A stretch of 64,000 bases of DNA from Candidatus Xenobia bacterium (GTDB taxonomy: Bacteria > Vulcanimicrobiota > CADAWZ01): assembly GCA_045114665.1 (NCBI GenBank), contig JBGUKW010000318.1, positions 1,868 to 65,867 on the forward strand, in the 5' to 3' direction. Below are positions 1 to 9,441 of this stretch, piece by piece. Both the position numbers and the translations under genes were made by a program. Below the pieces are notes generated by a model, which worked only from the letters and a program-made list of their open reading frames with translations, made no database searches and was not told where the DNA came from. Numbering within the stretch: the stretch's first letter is position 1; each line of letters opens with the position of its first letter.

Positions 1-2363
1 TTCAAATACCATACTTCTTTTCCAGCCGATGCATCAATAAGAGAAACAAATACTGTTTTCTCCTCAAAGAATACAAATGAATATATAAGCGAATCTGTAA
101 TAATACAAATTTGACTTATCTTGCTATCTCCCATAATTTTATTTATCATGTGCATATTCTCTTTACAAAATCCAAAAACAAATTTCTTGATATTCTCTAC
201 AGAATTTATGTTTCCAACTTGTTTTTCATTTGCACTTGATTCATCACAAAGAAGAAGAGCTTTTACTGTATCTATTTTATTTAAGTCATCAAAAACCTTA
301 TCTGATAAGGAATTTCTTACATCTTCAGAAGACTGAATTTTTAATTCAATATCTTCTATTTCTTTTTCACACTTAAATACTGTATATCCTAATTCAACAG
401 GCGATATAGTCATATATGAATCAGCAGAATTGATAAAAACTGATTTTATTTTTTTATCTGAAACAAAGGAGAATTCTTTAGAAATTCTATCAAAAAATTC
501 CGAAGAATAAGCAGAAACCTTTTCTGCATCTGGTCTATCATATTTTTTATAACAAATAGAAAAACCGTCTTTAGAAGCCAATGCAAAATTTATATTTTCA
601 TCAAGTTCAGATATTGCATCTTCAAGTTCTGAATAAGAAAGAATTGACGAAGATTTACAAATATTGTCAACATTATCATATACTTTAGAAGAGCTTTCAT
701 TGATTTTGAGATCATAATCAGACATCTTTGGAATTTCAACAATATTATCTTCTGCTTGGAATCCAACTTTCATGGTCTCTTGAATTAAGAAATCATCATC
801 GTCATCATCAAATTCTTCTTCAATATCTATTTTCGATAACTTAGACTCTTCATCTTCAGGTATATTTTTCTGCAATTCAGAATCTACTTCGATCGATTCA
901 TCTATTGGGAATTCTATTTCCTGTTCATCAGACATATCCTTATTTTCTTCATCTAAAGAAGTTGAATCAAATGAAACATTTTCTTCTTCTGTTTCAGAAA
1001 CAAAAGGAGTATTTGAAGATATAACTTCATCTATCAATTCTTCTTCATACTCTATCATATCTTTAGAATCTTCAAATTTGTTATCAATTAAATCATTTCC
1101 AAAGAAAGAAGTATGTATATTTACAGGGTCTAATTTAGAAATTATGTTTTCTTTCTGTTCCTTAAAGAAATTATCTGTAAGTGTTGATGTCAAATTAACA
1201 TAAGACATCTGCCCAAAATTTCTGATAGAATCAGAAACACTCATCAACTTGACTTCATTTAAAACATCTTTCAAAGCCGATTGAACATCACCCAAATAAT
1301 TTATAATAGTAATATTCTTAATTGACTTATTGAAAAATACAATATCTGTTTGATCAAAAATTGCATCTGTAATCAATACTGTCTTATCTGCATTATAAAA
1401 TTTAGCTCTTTCAGCAAAAGTAAATATATCTTCCTTGTTTATAGGACCTTCTTTTACACATATATATATAAGTTTTCCAAAATAACTTACAAAAATATCT
1501 GTGTCTTTTAAACCATTTTCATTTCTAACAGCAATATTATCTTGATATATTCCAATAGACAAAAGGATATAACCTACATAAAGTGAAAGCCAAAAATTAT
1601 TTTTTATAAATATCTTACCTTCATCTGTAAGACATAAAACTTGATCTATTTTTTCTTCAAGGAACAATTTACCACAGAAAGGACATTGAAGACCACGAGA
1701 AGACGCATCTTTTATGGATTCAAGATCTTTCATTCTGCTTATCTGATGACCAAACTCACGGCAATAGACGAAGAAACTCTTACTCGTGAGACCTAAATCA
1801 ACAAGTGTTGAAATCACAGAGAAAAGATCAACATTTGTAAATTCCTTAGATATTTCGTCCATTAGAGAAGTTTTACCATGACCAATAGCTCTCAAAATAT
1901 TTAAAACAAAAGGTTCTTTTAAATATGTTATGACAGAAGGATTTATTTTTGTAAACAACTTTTCAGATGAATCAACATTCAATATGTTAAATTTCTCATT
2001 TACAAAATTGAATTGTTTCCATCTTACATAGCTGACATCACTAAAAGAACTTAAAACTTTTCTTACAATAGATTTAAAATTGTCAAAAACTTTTTTGTCA
2101 TCACTATTGTTGGCAAAACAGCCAACTTCTATATGTTTATGATGTTCTGGAATCATAACATATAATAAACAGCCAGTCTGCTCATCTCTGAATATATCCC
2201 AAGTATTAGGTGATTGACACATACAAACCCTATTTAAACGAGTTTTAAGTATCTCATCGGCTCCATCAACTACAGCGGTATATTCTTTAGCAAGACTTTT
2301 CAAAATACTTCTTTTTTCTTTCCTGTCAATAACAACAGGTAGTATTTGTTTGTAAAATTCCAT
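1..2363 (-). CDS. Large hypothetical protein, partial (C-terminus beyond window edge). N-terminal region has an HTH-like segment and a CPFCGK Cys cluster, followed by a ~150-aa Asp/Glu-rich linker (FDDDDDDF, EEE runs) and further domains
   Basis: Hand translation of the minus strand from ATG at 2363..2361 (SD GAGGTGG upstream) shows a continuous frame to position 3 with no stop. No competing ORF of 60 aa or more anywhere in 337..2345. Lies 57 bp downstream of the TPR gene on the same strand. Confidence 0.6.
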   Translation of the reverse strand, partial: MEFYKQILPVVIDRKEKRSILKSLAKEYTAVVDGADEILKTRLNRVCMCQSPNTWDIFRDEQTGCLLYVMIPEHHKHIEVGCFANNSDDKKVFDNFKSIVRKVLSSFSDVSYVRWKQFNFVNEKFNILNVDSSEKLFTKINPSVITYLKEPFVLNILRAIGHGKTSLMDEISKEFTNVDLFSVISTLVDLGLTSKSFFVYCREFGHQISRMKDLESIKDASSRGLQCPFCGKLFLEEKIDQVLCLTDEGKIFIKNNFWLSLYVGYILLSIGIYQDNIAVRNENGLKDTDIFVSYFGKLIYICVKEGPINKEDIFTFAERAKFYNADKTVLITDAIFDQTDIVFFNKSIKNITIINYLGDVQSALKDVLNEVKLMSVSDSIRNFGQMSYVNLTSTLTDNFFKEQKENIISKLDPVNIHTSFFGNDLIDNKFEDSKDMIEYEEELIDEVISSNTPFVSETEEENVSFDSTSLDEENKDMSDEQEIEFPIDESIEVDSELQKNIPEDEESKLSKIDIEEEFDDDDDDFLIQETMKVGFQAEDNIVEIPKMSDYDLKINESSSKVYDNVDNICKSSSILSYSELEDAISELDENINFALASKDGFSICYKKYDRPDAEKVSAYSSEFFDRISKEFSFVSDKKIKSVFINSADSYMTISPVELGYTVFKCEKEIEDIELKIQSSEDVRNSLSDKVFDDLNKIDTVKALLLCDESSANEKQVGNINSVENIKKFVFGFCKENMHMINKIMGDSKISQICIITDSLIYSFVFFEEKTVFVSLIDASAGKEVWYL

Positions 2364-2420
2364 CTTTACCACCTCTGTCAAAACTTACAAAAGCCTAAAA
2401 AGACTTTCCAAAATTATAAA

Positions 2421-5400
2421 CTATTTAATCAACCTTTTTATTTTTTCCAATTCTTTACTTATTCTCTGATGTATCTTATCACTGTTTGTTTTTGCTGCAA
2501 TTTGAATTGCTTTTTCAAGCTGTTTTTTACATTCTGCATACATTTTTTTCTTTTTGTAAATAAGAGAAAGATTAAACATCGCAGAAATATTCAACGGATC
2601 GAGTTCAATAGCTTTTAGATATGCTCCAATTCCCTCATTTAACTTAGATGCCTTATTGTAAGCAACACCTAAATTGAAATAAGTGCCATGATCGTTTGGA
2701 TTGATTTTTATAGCCTCTCCATATTCTCTTATAGCATCTTCAAGTTTATTTATTCCTGCATAAGATATGCCTAGATGACTATGTGCCTCAAAATTATTCG
2801 GATTTATTTCTATTGCTTTTTCAAGATTTACAACAGCTTCTTCGTAATTTTGTTTCTGAAGATATATGAATCCAAGTTGAGCAAAACTTTCATCATCTTT
2901 TGGATTTACTGACACAGCTTTTTCAAAAGATACAATAGATTCGCCTGTCATATTCTTTTGGAAATAAACTCTACCAGCATGGCTATAAGGTTGAGACATA
3001 TCAGGAGCTACTAAAGAAGCCTCTTCAAACAATTTCAAAGCCTCATCAAGTTTTCCTCTCCACATCAAGGCATCTCCAGTTCCAATCAATGCTTCTGGAT
3101 ATTTAGGATCGAGTGAAAGAGCATTTTTATATGAATTAATTGCAAGATCCCATTTTGCCTTTTTCTGGAATATATCACCCAATTTGACATATAAAGAAGG
3201 AGTTGGAGTAAATACAACAGCTTTTTCAAAATACACTATAGCTAAATCCATATCTCCTCTATCAAAATAACAATTACCCAATTTTATAAGCAAATCGGGA
3301 TCTGTATCATCTAAAATCAACGCTTTTTGATATTGTTCAATAGAAAGTTCCAAATTGTTTTGGAGCTTATATGTATCACCGAGAAGAATCAATGCCTCAT
3401 AATTTTCTGGAGACTGATTAACTAAATCCATTAATTTATTTACAACATCATCTGAAACATCGTTATTTTTAATTTTGATCTGTGCAATTCTAGTAATAGC
3501 TTTTATCTTGTCAATAGTTGTCTCAGGAGATAAACTAATAACATTCTCGAACTGCTCAATAGCTTCATTCCATTTGCATTCTTTAAACAATATATCACCA
3601 AATGTCATATATATATGACTGCCAACAACTCCCTCTGACATAACATCTCTCATCAGAGATTCAGCCTTGGAATATTCACCAATTTCACTTAAAATAGAAG
3701 CAGTGCTATATGAAATATCTACTTTTGATTCTCCATATTCAAGACTACTTTTAAAAGAATCAAGTGCTTCAGAGAAACGTCCTAAAGATACAAGCAAATT
3801 TCCCATTTTAAAGAGAATTTTGCCACATTCAGATTTATCATCTGACAACATAGCAGCTCTCTTATAATAGAAAATAGAATCAGTGTAAATTTCTTGTGAT
3901 GAAGCCATATCTGCATAATCTCTACAGAAAATCCAATCATTATCTCTTAATTTTACAGCTTGATAAAGGGCATCTAGTGCCTCTTTTGATTTTCCTATTA
4001 TAGAATATGCAATTCCCATATAGTGATATAAATCTGCATTGTTAGAATCTAATTTTAGAGCTGTCAAAAATTCATCAATACATAATTCATATTGACCTAT
4101 TTCAAAATACAAAACACCTAAATTATAATTTAATAGATAATTTGAAGGGGCAAGAGCCAAAGCACTCTTAATCTTGTCTATTGCCTTATCTCTCATTTCA
4201 AGAACATGGTACAATTTTCCAAGTTCTTCAAGATATTGAATACTCTTAGGACTTATTTCAAGTGCTTTCTCTGCAAAGATGACTGCATTTTGTAAATCAC
4301 CTGCATTTTTATATGCAATAGAAGTCATATAAAAATATTCACAATTATCTTTATTTAGTTCAACTGCATTTAAAAAGCTCTCTATTGCCTTTTCATATTC
4401 ACCTATTTTCATTTGACATAAACCTTTTCTATAATACGGTTCATGTATATATGTATTAAGTGAAATGCAAGAACTATAAGCATCAGCAGCTATAGACCAA
4501 AGCTGTTGTGCTTCATAAATTTTTCCAAGTTCAAAAAAAGCAACATCTGAAGGTTTTATTTCAATAGATTTTCTCAAATATCTAACAGCTAAATCTTTCT
4601 CATCTATCTTTGCATAAAGACATCCACAAATTCTATATAAAGCATAGCTTGTTTTATTTGACTCAAGAGCAGTTTTATAAGCCTCGATAGCTTCTGAATA
4701 ACGCTCCATTAAAGAATAAGTATCACCAATTAATTTATATATTGCCCCAGTTGCTCCGAACTCTATAGCCTGCTGAAACTGATTATTTGCGAGATCTACT
4801 TTTCCCTGTTTTAAATATGCTATACCCAATTCCGTATGAATGCGACTATTGTCAGGGAAATAAGTCATAGCCTTTTGAAGTTTCTTGATAGCATACTCAT
4901 ATTTTCCAACTCTTGAAAGAGATTGACCAAATTCTATATATGCTTCACTCATCTCAGGCTCATTATCTATCGCTTTTTGGAAAGCTCTATTTGCTGCAGC
5001 AAAATCTCCAAGTTTGCTACATAATTTTCCGTATTCAAAATAAGCAACTGGGTTTTTGTCATCTAATGTTATTGATGTCATCAATTCCTTTAAAGCCTCT
5101 GATAACCTCCCAGCTTTAATATAAGTAATGCCAAGATTCAACCTTATTTTTGGATCATTCGGGTCTAAATCAATGGCTCTTGTAAATTCTCTAATAGCAT
5201 CATTAAATTGTTCAGTTTTCAAATAAGCAGTACCAAGATGATAATGCGAAGAAGGATCATTAGGATCTATTTTAATTGAATTTTTATATGCTTCTATTGT
5301 TTCTGGCCAAGAATTAAGAGCTGAATAAGCCTGTCCCAAATTGTAATGCGAAACAGCATCTTCTGGAGATAGCTTAACAGCAAGCTCAAATTGTTTCAGA

Positions 5401-6119
5401 GCAAGCTCAAACTGTTCTTGTTGCATATATACCAAACCCAACGCAATACATATAGGAGCATAAGAAGGATTTAAGTGCATTGCTTTCTTCAATTCTTCAA
5501 TAGAAATATCATATTTATTTAGCTTTGAAGCAATCAAACCAAGATAGTAATGTGCCTGCATATCCTCTGGATTTATTAGAACTACTTTTTCAAATTCTTC
5601 CTGTGCTAAATCATATTTTCCCTGTCTATAATAGACGATTCCCAAATTTAATCGAGCATCTGAATCACCTGGATCATCTGTAACAGCTTTTTGGAAATCA
5701 TCAATTCGCTGAAGTCTCTCCAGCTCACGATAAATTCTCTGTTCAGCATTTCCGTCATGTCTATTTTGGACAATTTTCAAAGCTATTTGAAGTTCGGTAA
5801 TAGCTTTTGATTTAAGTCCTTGTTTTTCAAAAGCAAGTCCTAAACTAAAATGAGATCTATGGTAATTAGGATTGATAGAAATAGACTCTTGCCATTCTTT
5901 AATGGCCATGTCAACATTTCCATTTCTTGAATATATAGTACCAAGCTCATAATGAGGCAAATAATTATCCGAATTCAATTCCAAACTCTTTTTAAACTCA
6001 ACTTCAGCCTCTTCGATATTGTTGGTATTTAAATATTCAGTTCCTTTTTTATAATGTTCAAGAGCTTTGTCAAGAACATCAACTTCTGTTTTATTTTGAG
6101 CTGTATCTTGTTTTGCCAT
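2421..6119 (-). CDS. Giant tetratricopeptide-repeat (TPR) protein, about 1233 aa, essentially wall-to-wall TPR units
   Basis: ORF track 2421..6140. Reiterated 34-aa units with the W/LG/Y/A/F/A/P TPR signature (e.g. AYYNLGLAFEKQG, NPNDPS...HYHLG). Start moved to MAKQ at 6119, which has an AAGAGG SD. Confidence 0.85.
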   Translation of the reverse strand: MAKQDTAQNKTEVDVLDKALEHYKKGTEYLNTNNIEEAEVEFKKSLELNSDNYLPHYELGTIYSRNGNVDMAIKEWQESISINPNYHRSHFSLGLAFEKQGLKSKAITELQIALKIVQNRHDGNAEQRIYRELERLQRIDDFQKAVTDDPGDSDARLNLGIVYYRQGKYDLAQEEFEKVVLINPEDMQAHYYLGLIASKLNKYDISIEELKKAMHLNPSYAPICIALGLVYMQQEQFELALKQFELAVKLSPEDAVSHYNLGQAYSALNSWPETIEAYKNSIKIDPNDPSSHYHLGTAYLKTEQFNDAIREFTRAIDLDPNDPKIRLNLGITYIKAGRLSEALKELMTSITLDDKNPVAYFEYGKLCSKLGDFAAANRAFQKAIDNEPEMSEAYIEFGQSLSRVGKYEYAIKKLQKAMTYFPDNSRIHTELGIAYLKQGKVDLANNQFQQAIEFGATGAIYKLIGDTYSLMERYSEAIEAYKTALESNKTSYALYRICGCLYAKIDEKDLAVRYLRKSIEIKPSDVAFFELGKIYEAQQLWSIAADAYSSCISLNTYIHEPYYRKGLCQMKIGEYEKAIESFLNAVELNKDNCEYFYMTSIAYKNAGDLQNAVIFAEKALEISPKSIQYLEELGKLYHVLEMRDKAIDKIKSALALAPSNYLLNYNLGVLYFEIGQYELCIDEFLTALKLDSNNADLYHYMGIAYSIIGKSKEALDALYQAVKLRDNDWIFCRDYADMASSQEIYTDSIFYYKRAAMLSDDKSECGKILFKMGNLLVSLGRFSEALDSFKSSLEYGESKVDISYSTASILSEIGEYSKAESLMRDVMSEGVVGSHIYMTFGDILFKECKWNEAIEQFENVISLSPETTIDKIKAITRIAQIKIKNNDVSDDVVNKLMDLVNQSPENYEALILLGDTYKLQNNLELSIEQYQKALILDDTDPDLLIKLGNCYFDRGDMDLAIVYFEKAVVFTPTPSLYVKLGDIFQKKAKWDLAINSYKNALSLDPKYPEALIGTGDALMWRGKLDEALKLFEEASLVAPDMSQPYSHAGRVYFQKNMTGESIVSFEKAVSVNPKDDESFAQLGFIYLQKQNYEEAVVNLEKAIEINPNNFEAHSHLGISYAGINKLEDAIREYGEAIKINPNDHGTYFNLGVAYNKASKLNEGIGAYLKAIELDPLNISAMFNLSLIYKKKKMYAECKKQLEKAIQIAAKTNSDKIHQRISKELEKIKRLIK

Positions 6120-6166
6120 ATAAAAACCTCTTAAAAACAATTAAGCTATTTTTTAAAATCCAAGGC

Positions 6167-6901
6167 TTATCTAAGAAGCCAATCAATTTCTTCAGCAGTA
6201 AAAAGCGATTCTTGAATTTCTATTATTCTCTTTATAGAATCACAAGCAACATCTAAAAATATATTCAATTTATCTCTATCAAATAACCCTTTTTCAGAAG
6301 TCCCCTGAATCTCAATAAATTGTCCCAAACTATTCATAACAACATTCATATCAACATCGGCATTTGAATCTTCAGAATACTCCAAATCACAGACAGGAAT
6401 ACCTTCAACAATACCAACACTTATTGCTGCAATAAATCCTTTAAAAGGCGATTGTTCAAGTTCTCCTCTTTTGTACATTTTTAAAAAACTATCTGCAAGT
6501 GCAACAACAGCTCCATTTATTGAAGTAGTTCTTGTTCCACCATCTGCTTCAATAACATCACAATCAACATTTAACATCAAAGGTCCAAGTTTTTCAAAAT
6601 CAACAACAGTTCTAAGAGAACGACCAATCAATCTCTGTATTTCTTTTGTACGACCAGATGAAAGATGTTTTTCTCTTGAAATACGATTTTTTGAACAATT
6701 AGGAATCATACCGTATTCTGCAGTAAGCCAACCTGTATTTGATGTTTTCATCCAATCTGGAATCTTAGTTGAAACAGAAACAGTACACAAAACACGAGTT
6801 TTTCCACACTCTATAAAAATACTACCGTAATCAGAAGAGGTAAAATCTCTTGTAAATTTTATTTTTCTTTCTTCTGTAAAAAGTCTATTTATTCTAACCA
6901 T
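6167..6901 (-). CDS. rph: Ribonuclease PH (tRNA nucleotidyltransferase)
   Basis: 244 aa. Motifs RxDGR..R.I.IE.G and DGGTRTTSINGA are typical of RNase PH. Confidence 0.9.
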   Translation of the reverse strand: MVRINRLFTEERKIKFTRDFTSSDYGSIFIECGKTRVLCTVSVSTKIPDWMKTSNTGWLTAEYGMIPNCSKNRISREKHLSSGRTKEIQRLIGRSLRTVVDFEKLGPLMLNVDCDVIEADGGTRTTSINGAVVALADSFLKMYKRGELEQSPFKGFIAAISVGIVEGIPVCDLEYSEDSNADVDMNVVMNSLGQFIEIQGTSEKGLFDRDKLNIFLDVACDSIKRIIEIQESLFTAEEIDWLLR

Positions 6902-6905
6902 TAAA

Positions 6906-8315
6906 TTAATCTTTCTTTTTTGAATCTGGTTTATTTATTTTTTTACTCCAAAAAATTGTTTTTTCTTTGCTTTTTGAGGCTGCTTTTTTTTCTTCTTCCG
7001 TAAATAAAGTGCCTTTAACTTCTCCAGTAAATAAAATTTTTATATCTTGATAGACTTCATCAAAAGACAAAACAGTAACATTTATCTTATGTTCATACAA
7101 GATATTATATATATGAGTTCTAAGTGTTGGAGCAACAACAACTACAGGAGGAATTTCAAGATTGTCAACAACTTCTTTAAATAATTTTACAAGTTTTTCT
7201 TCTTTTTCGTCTTCTATCTTTAAGAAAACTCCTCCAAGAGCCTCTACCAACATCCCCTTTAATTCATCTTCAAGAGATGTATTTAATGTAATTGCCCTCA
7301 TAAAACCATCTGCATCGACAAGAGAATAACAAATTTGTGATGAAAGTGCTTTTCTAACATATCCTGTCATCAAATCTATAGAAGACAATTCAGATATATG
7401 TTCTCCAATTACTTCCATAATGGTAACAAGATCAGATATTGAAACTTTTTCATTTAAAAGATTAAACAAAATCTTTCTTATTTTTCTTATAGAAGGAATA
7501 TCTTGCAAGAATTCATCAACTAAAATAGGATGTGTTTTTGCAAGGTCTGCAAGAAGGTTATAAGTTTCTTGAACTCCTAAAATTCTTCCAGCATTTCTGT
7601 GTATTGTATCAGAAATATGTGTCAACATCACATTTAAAGCTCCCTGAACAATACAACCAGATGATTCAGCAAGATTTCTATCTTTTGATTCAATCCATTT
7701 AGCAGGCATTTTATAAGTTGGCTCTGTAACTGCCCAACCTGTTATTTTATCGAGGTCTTCTTGATTACCTATAGCCATCATTCTATCGAGATAAAGTTCA
7801 AAAGAACTTGCCTGTAATTCTCTAAATTTTATAACATAGGCATTAGGATGGAGAAGCATATTATCTTTCACATTTATACCTGGAAGTATAAAACCGAGGC
7901 TTTTTACAAGCTCTTCTCTTATTGCATTTAATCTTTCAAGAAGTGGAGACCCATTACATGGATCAACCAATGGAAGAAGTTCAGCTCCAATCTCAACAGT
8001 TATTTCATCTCTACACAAAAGTCTATCTGACATGACATCAGGAGCACCATCAAAACTTACCTGAACATCTCCCTCGACAGTCCAACCATCACTGGAAAGT
8101 TTCATAATAGCCTTTTGAATTTCTGCCTGCATTACAGAACCTGCACCTGCATATAAAAAAGCATCTTTTCCATGTTTTCTCAATTTCAAAAAAGTCTGTT
8201 GTCCTCTTTCTCCTTTCAACCATGGAACAAAAGGCATATTCATCTCATCTGCAGAGAAAAATTTTATTACAGCATCCTGCTCGTCTATTCTTAATACAGC
8301 TTGTTTTTTTTCCAT
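6906..8315 (-). CDS. FlhA cytoplasmic-domain-like protein (FHIPEP C-terminal domain) without the N-terminal transmembrane export-gate region; carries a novel 100-aa N-terminus
   Basis: 469 aa. Segments LGFILPGINVKDNMLLHPNAYVIKFRELQ, VSISDLVTIMEVIGE and PVVVVAPTLRTHIYNILYEHKINVTVLSFDEV resemble the FlhA linker and C-terminal domains. No hydrophobic TM segments. Gene is 2 nt from the SIS gene and 4 nt from rph. Confidence 0.6.
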   Translation of the reverse strand: MEKKQAVLRIDEQDAVIKFFSADEMNMPFVPWLKGERGQQTFLKLRKHGKDAFLYAGAGSVMQAEIQKAIMKLSSDGWTVEGDVQVSFDGAPDVMSDRLLCRDEITVEIGAELLPLVDPCNGSPLLERLNAIREELVKSLGFILPGINVKDNMLLHPNAYVIKFRELQASSFELYLDRMMAIGNQEDLDKITGWAVTEPTYKMPAKWIESKDRNLAESSGCIVQGALNVMLTHISDTIHRNAGRILGVQETYNLLADLAKTHPILVDEFLQDIPSIRKIRKILFNLLNEKVSISDLVTIMEVIGEHISELSSIDLMTGYVRKALSSQICYSLVDADGFMRAITLNTSLEDELKGMLVEALGGVFLKIEDEKEEKLVKLFKEVVDNLEIPPVVVVAPTLRTHIYNILYEHKINVTVLSFDEVYQDIKILFTGEVKGTLFTEEEKKAASKSKEKTIFWSKKINKPDSKKKD

Positions 8316-8317
8316 AT

Positions 8318-9391
8318 TTACTTACCTGCGAAATAAGGTTCTTTAAAGGTTACACTAAAAGGAACACCTTTTGGTTTATCGGCATTTACACCTTTTTGTA
8401 CAGACATATAAAATCCCAATTCATGCAAAATTGGAATCATAAGAAGATCTCTCGTATATTCAGATAACTTTGATTTCAACTCAAAGACAAAATCTGCACT
8501 TCCAATTTTATTATCAGCTTGTTCACAAATGACAAGTCTATGACATCTAATACTTGCCAATTCACCGAGAACTTCTGATTCTTCTCTTTTCATTGTATCA
8601 CTTATTAACATAATAGCAAGAGTATTAGGTGTACACTGTGCAGCTATTCCATGTCTCATCTGCGAAACATAATCTGCAACTGCAGGAATAACAGCTATTT
8701 TCGAAATAATATTCGCTGCTTCCATTGCATGTCCATAATTTATGCCATTTCCACAAATAATAGCACTTGTAGGTTTTGTTGATGTAACTCTTTGAATTTC
8801 TCTTTGGAATTGTTTAACTTTAAATAAATCAGGAAGAGTTCTAATTTCTTTATATAAATTGGCATTTTTCATCAAAAAAGATACCAAATATTTAAAAGCA
8901 AGTATAGAACTTGTATATGCTCTTGTAGTTGTATGGCTTTCTTCCTTAGCAGAAGGAATCAACAAGGTCATATCAGCCAAAGAAGTTGCTGGAGAATCAG
9001 TTGCAGGAGTTATCAACAATGTTTTTACACCAGGATAAGGACGAAGTTTTTGTAATGCCCAAATAATTTCTGATGTCGCACCACTTCTCGAAAATAGAAC
9101 AACGAGAGTTTTTCTCCTATCCTCAAAAGGAAGTCTCAAACCTGCAAAAATTTCAGAAGGTGGAAAACATCCAGAAGTTACACCTGTAAAATCAGAAAAG
9201 AATCTCCTACATACACGTGCTACATTTAAAGAACTTCCAGCCCCTGTAAAAACAACTGCAGTAAAGCCCTCTTTCATAAACCAAGGCACTATTTTTTGTT
9301 GTTCTCTATCAACTGTTTGTATAACTTGTTTCCAAACATCACCCTGACTTGACAACTCACTTAATGTCAAAGCTCCCTTTTGAGTTAACAT
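8318..9391 (-). CDS. Double SIS-domain sugar-phosphate isomerase/aminotransferase-like protein (AgaS / GlmS isomerase-domain family)
   Basis: 357 aa. SIS motifs VVFTGAGSS and LVVLFSRSGATSE plus a second SIS-like half. Confidence 0.65.
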   Translation of the reverse strand: MLTQKGALTLSELSSQGDVWKQVIQTVDREQQKIVPWFMKEGFTAVVFTGAGSSLNVARVCRRFFSDFTGVTSGCFPPSEIFAGLRLPFEDRRKTLVVLFSRSGATSEIIWALQKLRPYPGVKTLLITPATDSPATSLADMTLLIPSAKEESHTTTRAYTSSILAFKYLVSFLMKNANLYKEIRTLPDLFKVKQFQREIQRVTSTKPTSAIICGNGINYGHAMEAANIISKIAVIPAVADYVSQMRHGIAAQCTPNTLAIMLISDTMKREESEVLGELASIRCHRLVICEQADNKIGSADFVFELKSKLSEYTRDLLMIPILHELGFYMSVQKGVNADKPKGVPFSVTFKEPYFAGK

Positions 9392-9441
9392 AAATTCCTC
9401 CTGATAAAATGCAAAATAAGTATTTGAAAAATATTATAAAA

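Noticed and set aside
121-336. 71-aa plus-strand ORF at the left edge
   Set aside because: It lies antisense within the long minus-strand acidic-protein frame and has low complexity. It is a typical shadow ORF of AT-rich coding DNA.
2421-6140. ORF-track N-terminal extensions (TPR protein from 6140; KH protein from 26167; rsmE from 35547; prmA from 36416; Fic from the TTG at 33214; flgB from the GTG at 47260; pckA from the GTG at 60013)
   Set aside because: In each case an internal ATG has a proper SD at 6-9-nt spacing and matches the conserved family N-terminus, so the shorter starts were used.
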